The notes beneath the pieces are model-generated. The model worked only from the letters and a program-made list of their open reading frames with translations, was not told the DNA's origin and did no database searches. Positions 57,118 to 63,956 of a stretch of DNA of 63,956 nucleotides are shown here, piece by piece (position 1 is the stretch's first letter; each line of letters starts with the position of its first letter). The translations under genes and the position numbers were made by a program. Source of the stretch: a virus (Duplodnaviria; Caudoviricetes); IMG/VR virus record IMGVR_UViG_3300010397_000008, positions 1-63,956 of that record; one strand, given 5' to 3'.

Positions 57118-57923
57118 TCCGGCGCTATGACTGCATCGCGGCCGTGGCGCGCGATGCAAAATCTCGGGCAGTGCTGCGCTCGCCGAGCGGCCGCAGCGAT
57201 TGGTTCAGCGGCGAAACTGGCTTGGAAAGCGTATCGCTGGCGCTGCGTGGCGATACGCGATTGGTCCCCGACGCCGAGCGGCTGCTGTCGCAGATTGACG
57301 CTGCAATTGACGTGCAGCACCGGGAATTGATCGCCGATCGCGTCGGCGCCTACCCTTGCGTCCCGGAATACCTGCAAGGCGTCCCTGACTGCATGCGGCG
57401 CCGGGCGCCCGTGGAGAATGAAGCGGCGCCGGTGGCGATCTATGTCGTGCTGGCATGCTCGGCGAGCATTGATGCGGCAACGCTGTTGCGGCGCGGTGTC
57501 GCGATACTGGCGCTGGCAATGGCGCTGGCGCGGCATCGGCCGATCGAATTGAACATCGTTCATATCGGCGACAGCAACACGGCCGGCGAAACCGAAAGCG
57601 TCATGGTGGCGCCGATCAATACCCGGCCGCTCGATTTGGCGAGCGCGGCCTACGTGCTGACATCGGCCGGTTTCGTGCGCCATGTCTGTTTCGGGCTGCA
57701 AATGGCCGATCGCGGGTTCACCGGCGGCTGGCCCGCCGATTGGCGCGTCAACAAGCCAGCTTACTTCGCAGGGCTGTTGCGGCGGCTCGGCGGCGATCCG
57801 GCGCGCGACATCATCATCGGCTCGGCCGATCATGGCGACGAATTGTTGGCCGATCCGGTGGCATGGGTAAACGGACAGATCGCCCGCTTTCGGGACGGTG
57901 CCGAGATGGGAGTCGCAGCATGA
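57114..57923 (+). CDS. Divergent vWA-like partner of the AAA+ ATPase
   Basis: G..P.VP.YL.G.P..M; ACSAS MIDAS-like site; RG.AI.AL. Confidence 0.65.
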   Translation: MIRRYDCIAAVARDAKSRAVLRSPSGRSDWFSGETGLESVSLALRGDTRLVPDAERLLSQIDAAIDVQHRELIADRVGAYPCVPEYLQGVPDCMRRRAPVENEAAPVAIYVVLACSASIDAATLLRRGVAILALAMALARHRPIELNIVHIGDSNTAGETESVMVAPINTRPLDLASAAYVLTSAGFVRHVCFGLQMADRGFTGGWPADWRVNKPAYFAGLLRRLGGDPARDIIIGSADHGDELLADPVAWVNGQIARFRDGAEMGVAA

Positions 57924-58354
57924 GCGCCGCACGCTGGCTCGCCAATGCCCGAGCGGCGCACACGCGCGCGCTCGGGAGCACGCAAGCCTTCCCGCTGTTC
58001 GGCGATGGCGATCACGTCGCCGGCATCCTGACGGGACAGGTCGAGCGCGACCCCGACGTTGCCGGCGCGGCGCTGGCCGAGGCGCGCTATCGGGACTGGC
58101 AGCACGCGCGCATGACCGGCGCGGCCGACACCAGCGCATTCGGGACAGCGGGCGCCTACACGTCGCCGCCGCCGCTGGCGTTGACGCCGGATGACGTGCC
58201 TGCGGTTCAGACCCGGCTTACCCTGCCCTCGCGCCAGCGCACGCGCACGCCGCTGGACGACGCTGCGGCGATCATCAAGGGCCTGGTGGACGAGTTCGGC
58301 GACCTGTTCCCGGACGAGTGCGCAGCGGCCGTGGCGTGGCTGGCGCGGCAATGA
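57920..58354 (+). CDS. Hypothetical protein
   Basis: ATGA-coupled ORF. Confidence 0.5.
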   Translation: MSAARWLANARAAHTRALGSTQAFPLFGDGDHVAGILTGQVERDPDVAGAALAEARYRDWQHARMTGAADTSAFGTAGAYTSPPPLALTPDDVPAVQTRLTLPSRQRTRTPLDDAAAIIKGLVDEFGDLFPDECAAAVAWLARQ

Positions 58355-58683
58355 CCGAGCCCGCGCCGCCGCTGATCGTCCTGACCGAGCGCGAGGCGCT
58401 GGCGGCGCTGTTCACCGTCGCGGCGATGCACCAAGGCTGGTACGTGTACAGGATGAACGAATTTTACCCGCGCACGTCTGACCCGCTGCCCTTTGTCGGA
58501 TATGCGGCTTTTGATGGCTTGACGAGACCTGTCGCCCCGCTTTGGGCGTGGCGCGCAGGCGATGGGGCGTATGGGCTGATGTTGCCGGACGATATGGCGA
58601 TCCACGTCGTCGCCACCGGGCGCGTTGACCGCGGCCTCGGGGCGATCACCCCACATAAGACCGCCCCGGACGCCAGCGCGTGA
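58351..58683 (+). CDS. Hypothetical protein
   Basis: ATGA-coupled ORF. Confidence 0.5.
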   Translation: MTEPAPPLIVLTEREALAALFTVAAMHQGWYVYRMNEFYPRTSDPLPFVGYAAFDGLTRPVAPLWAWRAGDGAYGLMLPDDMAIHVVATGRVDRGLGAITPHKTAPDASA

Positions 58684-58689
58684 ACGCGG

Positions 58690-58728
58690 CGAAACCGGGG
58701 CGGAATGTCCTACCGACTAGGAACCCCG
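58690..58728 (-). ncRNA. Candidate trans-acting antisense sRNA (seed GUCGGUAGGAC)
   Basis: Leftward promoter CTTGCA(58760-58755)-N17-CTATGT(58737-58732); nested stems CGGGG/CCCCG and UCCUA/UAGGA; complementary to leader boxes. Confidence 0.5.
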
Positions 58729-58731
58729 CAC

Positions 58732-58796
58732 ACATAGGGCACGACGAAAATAAATGCAAGCGTGCCGTTGACAGCACGAAACGCAGGGATTACGAT
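58732..58796. promoter_or_regulatory. Back-to-back promoters with operator CGTGC-N8-GCACG (58761-58778)
   Basis: Rightward TTGACA(58768)-N17-TACGAT(58791). Confidence 0.75.
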
Positions 58797-58833
58797 TGTT
58801 TTCGTTACCTACCGACACCGACAGGAGCACACC

Positions 58834-58977
58834 ATGTCAGCCTTTATCGTCTCTCACGACCACATCGACGCGATCGCTCGCAGCCTCGAAAGTCGGATGC
58901 CAGCGGCGATATTTCACCCAAGGCATGCCACCATCGACGGCCCCGACCTCGGGCGCGATGGGAGGACCATCCCATGA
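58834..58977 (+). CDS. 47-aa leader ORF (MSAFIVSHDHIDAIA...), possibly a truncated gene
   Basis: SD AGGAG; ATGA-coupled to the ATPase. Confidence 0.5.
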   Translation: MSAFIVSHDHIDAIARSLESRMPAAIFHPRHATIDGPDLGRDGRTIP

Positions 58978-59993
58978 AAATCAGCGCCCTGATCGAGACG
59001 ATCAAATCGCAGTACCGGCAACCGCCCGAGCGGCGGCGCCCGATCTTCGCGCAAGGCGTGCCAGGCGTCGGCAAGAGCCAGGCCGCCGAGACCGCCGCCG
59101 CCGACCTCGGCATAGGGTTCATGTCGCTGCAAGCCACGATTGAAGACCCGATTACGCTCTCGGGGCTGCCGGCGCGCGACGTGTACGTTGACGGCATGCA
59201 ATCGGTGCCGACCAACGAGGCGGTGTTCCTGCCTTTTCGCGACAAGCTCCCCTCGCGCGGTGAGGGTGTGCTGTGCATCGACGAAATCAACACCGCCGCC
59301 CCGATGGTACAGGCCGGGCTTTATGACCTGTTTCTGCACGGCAAGCTCGGCTCGTACCGCCTTCCGACCGGCTGGTACGTGATGGCGACCGGCAATCGGG
59401 ACGAGGATCGCGCCGCGACGCAGCGTATTCCGATGCCGCTCATCGGCCGCTGGACGCGGGTTGTCGTCGAAGTGGACCTCGCCGACTGGACGAAATGGGC
59501 GCTGGTCAATGCGATCCGAACCGAGATGATCGCGTTTTTCCAGTTCCGCCCCGAGCTTTTCCACACGTTCGACCCCAAGAAGGCCGAGCCCTATTGTTGC
59601 CCGCGCACGGCGGTTTTCGCCTCGCACATCATCGATTCTGCCCCGCCGGGACTTGAGCACGAACTGCTCTGCGGGACGATCGGCGAGGGCGTGGCAACCG
59701 AACTGGTCGCGTTCATGCGGGTGTTTCGGGAGATGATTTCGCCCGACGCGATCCTACTCAATCCGGCCACTGCACCTGTCCCGACCGAACCGGCTGCCGC
59801 CTGCGCCATCGCTGCGGCGCTTGCGCACAAGGCAACGGAGTCGAACTTCGGGCGGGTGCTGACCTACGCGAACCGGATGCCGGCCGAATACGGCGTGTTG
59901 ATCGTCAAGTTGGCGACGCACCGCGATATCCGGTTGAACGCGACCCGCGCGTTTATCGAGTGGGCGGCGGCGAATACGGATGTTGTGCTGTGA
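58974..59993 (+). CDS. MoxR-type AAA+ ATPase
   Basis: GVPGVGKS; LCIDEIN; ATGNR..DRA; PRT. Confidence 0.9.
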   Translation: MKISALIETIKSQYRQPPERRRPIFAQGVPGVGKSQAAETAAADLGIGFMSLQATIEDPITLSGLPARDVYVDGMQSVPTNEAVFLPFRDKLPSRGEGVLCIDEINTAAPMVQAGLYDLFLHGKLGSYRLPTGWYVMATGNRDEDRAATQRIPMPLIGRWTRVVVEVDLADWTKWALVNAIRTEMIAFFQFRPELFHTFDPKKAEPYCCPRTAVFASHIIDSAPPGLEHELLCGTIGEGVATELVAFMRVFREMISPDAILLNPATAPVPTEPAAACAIAAALAHKATESNFGRVLTYANRMPAEYGVLIVKLATHRDIRLNATRAFIEWAAANTDVVL

Positions 59994-60349
59994 GCGCCGT
60001 GAAACCTGGCTTCGCGTTGGTGATCCAATGCGACGAATGCCCTTGGCGCCGTGATGTCCCGACCGGGAATTTCCCGCCGGAGCGGTATGCGGCCCTCGCC
60101 AACAGTTGCCGGCAAGGCTATCCGCCAGCGCCGATGTTCGCTTGCCACAAGACCCCGGAGGGCAAAGAGCAAGCGTGTGTTGGCTATCTGCTTCGCAACG
60201 GCACCAACAACATTGCCGTGCGGATTGCCGCAGCAGAGGGCCGCGTCAAGTTGCGCGCCCTACAGGTTCGTGGCCCGCTCTATGACGGATTTCGGGCGAT
60301 GGCGGTCGCTAACGGGTACGACCCCGGCGACGATTCAGATTTGGCATAA
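59990..60349 (+). CDS. DUF6283-like Cys-rich protein
   Basis: C..CPWRRD...F.CH......C.G.L. Confidence 0.7.
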   Translation: MSAVKPGFALVIQCDECPWRRDVPTGNFPPERYAALANSCRQGYPPAPMFACHKTPEGKEQACVGYLLRNGTNNIAVRIAAAEGRVKLRALQVRGPLYDGFRAMAVANGYDPGDDSDLA

Positions 60350-60375
60350 TCCACCTACCGACAGGAGAAATCACA

Positions 60376-61266
60376 ATGACCCTCACCACGAAAGCCATGC
60401 TCTGCCGCATGCAAATCCGCATGTGGACCGCTCGCCGATTTGATCGGGACACGTCGGAGGAAATCGCCGACCTGCACGGGGCGACCGACGCGGGCCGCTT
60501 CAATAAGCTGCTCCTGCCCAAGACGGCGCTCGCCGGCATGCAGTCGGCTGCAACCGCGCTGCGTACCCACCACGCGGCCAACACGCTGCCGTGGACGCTT
60601 GACGGCGTGGGGCTGCTGCCTGCCACCAACTACTTCCCGTACATGGCCGAGCACAAGCGGCTCGCGATCATGTTCGACCTCGCTAAAGAGGCGTTCCTTG
60701 AGGGCTTCGCCGCGGCAAAGGGCTCGGCCAAGGTGAGCCTGGGCGACCTCTACCGCGAGGATGAGTACCCGACCGCCGACGACCTCGCCGGGCGCATCGG
60801 GTGCGCGGTCAATGTGTGGCCGCTGCCCGACGCCGGCGACTTCCGGGTGGACCTCGGGAACGCCGAGGAAGCCCGCATCCGCGCCGACATCGAGGCGTCG
60901 GTCAACGATGCCGTGGGGGCGGCGGTGCGCTCGCTGTGGCAGCGGGTGCACGACACGGTGTCCGCGATGCACGAGCGGTTGACCAAATTCCACCGGGACG
61001 ACGACGGCAAGGTCAAGAACCCCTTTCGGGACAGCCTTGTTACGAACATGCGCGAGTTGGTGGACCTGATGGCACGCTTGAACGTCACCGACGACGCTGC
61101 GCTCGAATCGATGCGGCGGCGGCTGGCCGAAAAGTTGTGCCCCATTGATCCCGACGACCTGCGCGCGAATGACGAACTTCGGGCGATCCAAGCAGCCGAG
61201 TGCGCTGCCGTGCTCGATTTGATGGCCGCGTATACCGGCGCGGCTCCCGCGCTCGCTGCGGAGTGA
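60376..61266 (+). CDS. DUF3150-like helical phage protein
   Basis: W...R.D; KLL; TLPW...G..LLP; Y...EYP motifs. Confidence 0.65.
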   Translation: MTLTTKAMLCRMQIRMWTARRFDRDTSEEIADLHGATDAGRFNKLLLPKTALAGMQSAATALRTHHAANTLPWTLDGVGLLPATNYFPYMAEHKRLAIMFDLAKEAFLEGFAAAKGSAKVSLGDLYREDEYPTADDLAGRIGCAVNVWPLPDAGDFRVDLGNAEEARIRADIEASVNDAVGAAVRSLWQRVHDTVSAMHERLTKFHRDDDGKVKNPFRDSLVTNMRELVDLMARLNVTDDAALESMRRRLAEKLCPIDPDDLRANDELRAIQAAECAAVLDLMAAYTGAAPALAAE

Positions 61267-61271
61267 CGGCG

Positions 61272-61583
61272 ATGACCCTATCCATCGCCGAAATGGCGAA
61301 GATCGCCGAACTGCATGGCAGGCTGACTATCAGATTGACCCAACTCGATGACGCCCGGCGGCGGCTCGCGTTGATGGTCAAGTCAGCGAAAGTAGCCCCG
61401 ATCGTCACTGTCATTTACACGCACGGATCGGAAAATCGCAACGAATCCTATTTTACCGAGCGCGGCGAGTTTCCGGCTGCTGTCATCATCCAGCAGCAAA
61501 TCTATAAGTGCGCTCGGCTTGAGCGAGAGGTTATCGCGCTCGGTGGCACCGTGCCGATGGATAAGTGGAGAGCGAATCCATGA
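61272..61583 (+). CDS. Hypothetical protein
   Basis: ORF in operon. Confidence 0.5.
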   Translation: MTLSIAEMAKIAELHGRLTIRLTQLDDARRRLALMVKSAKVAPIVTVIYTHGSENRNESYFTERGEFPAAVIIQQQIYKCARLEREVIALGGTVPMDKWRANP

Positions 61584-61841
61584 TCCGGCGCAAGCGGAGC
61601 GACCCGCAGGCCAAGGCCGAGCGGCGGAAGGCGGTGGCTGAAAAGGCCGTCGCCGAGTTGACCAAGCACCAAGGGCAAGGTGAAGCGCCGCTACGCGCTG
61701 GCGGTGATGATGCCCGAGGGCCGGTGTCTCGTGTGGGACTTTCGGGACGGCTTCAAAACCGGCGCGTGGGCCGACCTCGAGAACCGCAGGGCGCTGCACA
61801 CGCCGTCGCAACCCGTCGAGTTCTTGGAGGCAGCGGAATGA
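61580..61841 (+). pseudogene. Gene frameshifted by a 7-nt duplication (ACCAAG-C-ACCAAG, 61661-61673)
   Basis: Removing 7 nt gives an 84-aa ORF coupled by ATGA at both ends. Confidence 0.6.
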
Positions 61842-62128
61842 CCCTAGACCAAATGCGCAAGCTGTGGCCCATCGCGAAGTTGCTGCACGAGGCGCGGCAG
61901 CAGATCGCCCCCACGGCGCTCGGCGGGCAGGCGTGGCCCGAGTGGACCCCGGCCTACCCGCACAACCCGATCGCGTTCGTGGACATTGCGCTCGCGCAGG
62001 CGGCGGCGGTGGAGCCGGTGGTTGATGCGCTGGCAGCGATTGAGAGAAGCACCGATTACGGCGGTGACGGCGATGATCGACCTCTGATGCGTGCGGCCCG
62101 CGCTGCTTTAGCCAAGGTGACGCCATGA
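61838..62128 (+). CDS. Hypothetical protein
   Basis: SD GGAGG; ATGA-coupled. Confidence 0.55.
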   Translation: MTLDQMRKLWPIAKLLHEARQQIAPTALGGQAWPEWTPAYPHNPIAFVDIALAQAAAVEPVVDALAAIERSTDYGGDGDDRPLMRAARAALAKVTP

Positions 62129-63288
62129 CCCCGACCGAAACCGCTCGCGCGCGGATATCGAAGGCCCGCGCTGCTTTAATTTTGTCCCAGCCCTTCTGGG
62201 CCGCGCTCGCGCTGCGCCTCGACGTGCAGCCGATGCCGGCGAACGTCGCGTGCTCCACGATGGCAACCGATGGAAAATACCTTTGGTTCAACGCTGACTT
62301 TGTGCTCGACCAAAAACCCGAGCATCTTGTCACCATCGTTGCGCACGAGGCCGGGCATTGTGCCCTGCAACACCCGATGCGCCGGCAGGGGCGCGACCCG
62401 GCGCGCAGTAATATTGCCGAAGATCACGCGGTAAATCTGCTGCTCAAGGGCTCGGGATTCCCAATGCCGAAAGGTGCCTACTGCGACCCGCAGTACACCG
62501 ATTGGGCGTTCGAGCGGATTTACCCGCTGATCCCCGAGCAACCGCCGGCGCGTGGCGGCAACTACGGTGGCATGGGGTGCGTGGTGGACGCCTCGGGCGA
62601 CGGCGGCCAAGCGCTCTCGCAGGCCGACCGCGAGGCGATGGAGCGGGAATGGAAGATCGCGCTCATACAGGCCGCACAGGCGGCCAAGGCGCAGGGGAAG
62701 TTGCCGGGGTGCCTGGAAGGGCTGATCGAGTCGGTTCGCGCGCCTGCGGTGGACTGGCGCGCCGTTCTGCGGGAGTTCGTGCGCTCGGTCGCCGCCAACG
62801 ACTATTCGTGGCGTCGGGCTAATCCGCGCTTCCTCGCCACCGGCGATTACCTGCCGAGCCTGTGGAGCGAGGAAATCGGCCCGCTGGCGATCGGGGTGGA
62901 CACCAGCGGCTCGGTGAGCCAAGCCGAATTGGAGGCGGTGTGCTCGGAGTTGAACGGCATCCTCGATACCGTCAAGCCCGAGTTTGTCGCTGTTGCCTAT
63001 GCCGACGCTCGCGTGCATTCGCACGAGGTTTTTAAGCCCGACGATTGGCCGGTTAAGATGGCGGTGCAAGGCCGCGGCGGGACAGATTTGCGGGGTCTGT
63101 GGCCGTATTTCGATAAACACGACATAACGCCATGCTGCGCGATCGTTTGTACCGACATGGAACTGCGTGTCGCTGACCTCGGCGAAGAACCGCCCTATCC
63201 CGTCCTGATCTGCACCACCGGACGCATGGAGCCGATGGACGGGCCGGTTGCCTTTGGTCAAGTCATCAAGGTCGAGTTGTCGCCGTGA
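62125..63288 (+). CDS. DUF2201-type HExxH metallopeptidase-like + vWA protein
   Basis: TMATDG, HEAGH...H..R, N.A.D..VN; vWA DTSGS...GRGGTD...TD. Confidence 0.9.
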   Translation: MTPTETARARISKARAALILSQPFWAALALRLDVQPMPANVACSTMATDGKYLWFNADFVLDQKPEHLVTIVAHEAGHCALQHPMRRQGRDPARSNIAEDHAVNLLLKGSGFPMPKGAYCDPQYTDWAFERIYPLIPEQPPARGGNYGGMGCVVDASGDGGQALSQADREAMEREWKIALIQAAQAAKAQGKLPGCLEGLIESVRAPAVDWRAVLREFVRSVAANDYSWRRANPRFLATGDYLPSLWSEEIGPLAIGVDTSGSVSQAELEAVCSELNGILDTVKPEFVAVAYADARVHSHEVFKPDDWPVKMAVQGRGGTDLRGLWPYFDKHDITPCCAIVCTDMELRVADLGEEPPYPVLICTTGRMEPMDGPVAFGQVIKVELSP

Positions 63289-63596
63289 CTCGCCTCATCT
63301 GGGCAGACTTGGCGACGGTCCAGGCCGAGGCCGAGCGATGGGAGCGGCGGGTACGCTACGCGCGCCGCGAGAGCGCCCGCCGCCGCGCCCTGTTCACCAA
63401 AGCCGAAAGGGTGTTGGCGACCGCAGCGGCGATGGCCGGCAGCAAAGCGCCGCTGATCGCGGTGCAGGCGTGGCATGACGCCTACGGGCGGCGGCAAGGG
63501 CTCTACATCATCCTGCCGGGCGACCGGGAAATGGCGTGGACGCCGCGCGGTGGGTTCAACGTCGGCGAAATCTCCTACGGGAAGATACCGTTTTGA
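63285..63596 (+). CDS. Hypothetical protein
   Basis: GTGA-coupled ORF. Confidence 0.5.
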   Translation: MTRLIWADLATVQAEAERWERRVRYARRESARRRALFTKAERVLATAAAMAGSKAPLIAVQAWHDAYGRRQGLYIILPGDREMAWTPRGGFNVGEISYGKIPF

Positions 63597-63956
63597 TCCA
63601 ACCCGAATTGACCGATCGGCAGCGGTTCATCGGTGCCGTCGTCGCCGCGCGCCTGCACGATGACCAGCAAGCATATGGGACGATCCTCGACGACATGCGG
63701 TTGCCGCCGCAGTTGACCGCGCTCGCACGCGAAATCGGAGAGCACGTTCCGGCGTTCTTGCCGCGTTTTCTCGTTGCCGTTGATCCGAGTGCCGACCTGA
63801 CGACCGCATGGCCGCGCTTCGCCGTGTGGCTGCTGCGCGATGTGTGTCTGCCGGCGATCACGGTGGATTGCTGGAAGTGTCGCGAGGCGGTTGAAACCGT
63901 CGCTCGGCTATATGAGGATGACGTTCCCGCCTGGGCCGCCGCCTGGGCCGCCGCCG
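63593..63956 (+). CDS. Ala/Trp-repeat phage protein, 5' part (continues at 1-215; ~182 aa in total)
   Basis: TTG start overlaps the upstream stop; frame ...WPRFAVWLLRDVCLPA...ARLYEDDVPAWAAAWAAA stays open to the end of the window. Confidence 0.7.
   Translation, partial: MIQPELTDRQRFIGAVVAARLHDDQQAYGTILDDMRLPPQLTALAREIGEHVPAFLPRFLVAVDPSADLTTAWPRFAVWLLRDVCLPAITVDCWKCREAVETVARLYEDDVPAWAAAWAAA
63927..63956. repeat. 30-nt terminal overlap identical to positions 1-30 (circular assembly)
   Basis: ccgcctgggccgccgcctgggccgccgccg at both ends; the reading frame continues across the join. Confidence 0.85.

Noticed and set aside
58680-58973. N-terminal extension of the AAA+ ATPase given in the ORF track
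   Set aside because: The region holds promoters, the operator and a separate leader ORF; the true start is 58974 with SD GGAGG
1-63956. tRNA or rRNA genes
   Set aside because: No cloverleaf or rRNA-like sequence recognised by eye; tRNAscan-SE was not run

Overview
The window appears to be a complete, circularly assembled ~63.9 kb GC-rich tailed dsDNA phage genome: the last 30 nt equal the first 30 nt, and an ORF reads through the join. The virion module looks podovirus-like, with TerL, portal, scaffold, major capsid protein, adaptor, nozzle, ejection proteins and a beta-helix tailspike. The host is probably an alphaproteobacterium, judging from GapR-like and GcrA-like genes and CTTG-N17-CTAT-type promoters. 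The genome also has a lambdoid-type replication/recombination block (HTH initiator with internal iterons, RusA, RecT), two MoxR-type AAA+/vWA pairs, a J-domain protein, candidate virion-modifying enzymes (glycosyltransferase, Asp/Asn beta-hydroxylase) and candidate anti-defence genes (Acb2/Tad1-like sponge, MazG-like protein, orphan methyltransferase). I found no integrase, CI-type repressor, clear TerS or canonical endolysin. Four signals stand out. (1) Two transposase-less IS1595-type cassettes, each with terminal inverted repeats and an 8-bp target duplication, carry one cargo gene each: a DNA methyltransferase that splits a phage gene (restored in frame when the cassette is removed) and a MazG-like gene. 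(2) A candidate RNA regulon: a ~40-nt RNA at 58690-58728 (-) with its own promoter is complementary to a CCTACCGAC box next to the ribosome-binding sites of five genes, and the variant sites are G-U compatible. (3) A CGTGC-N8-GCACG operator overlaps promoters at five loci. (4) A non-structural ORF ends in a diverged copy of the major capsid protein N-terminus. All family calls are made by eye from motifs; no database search was run.
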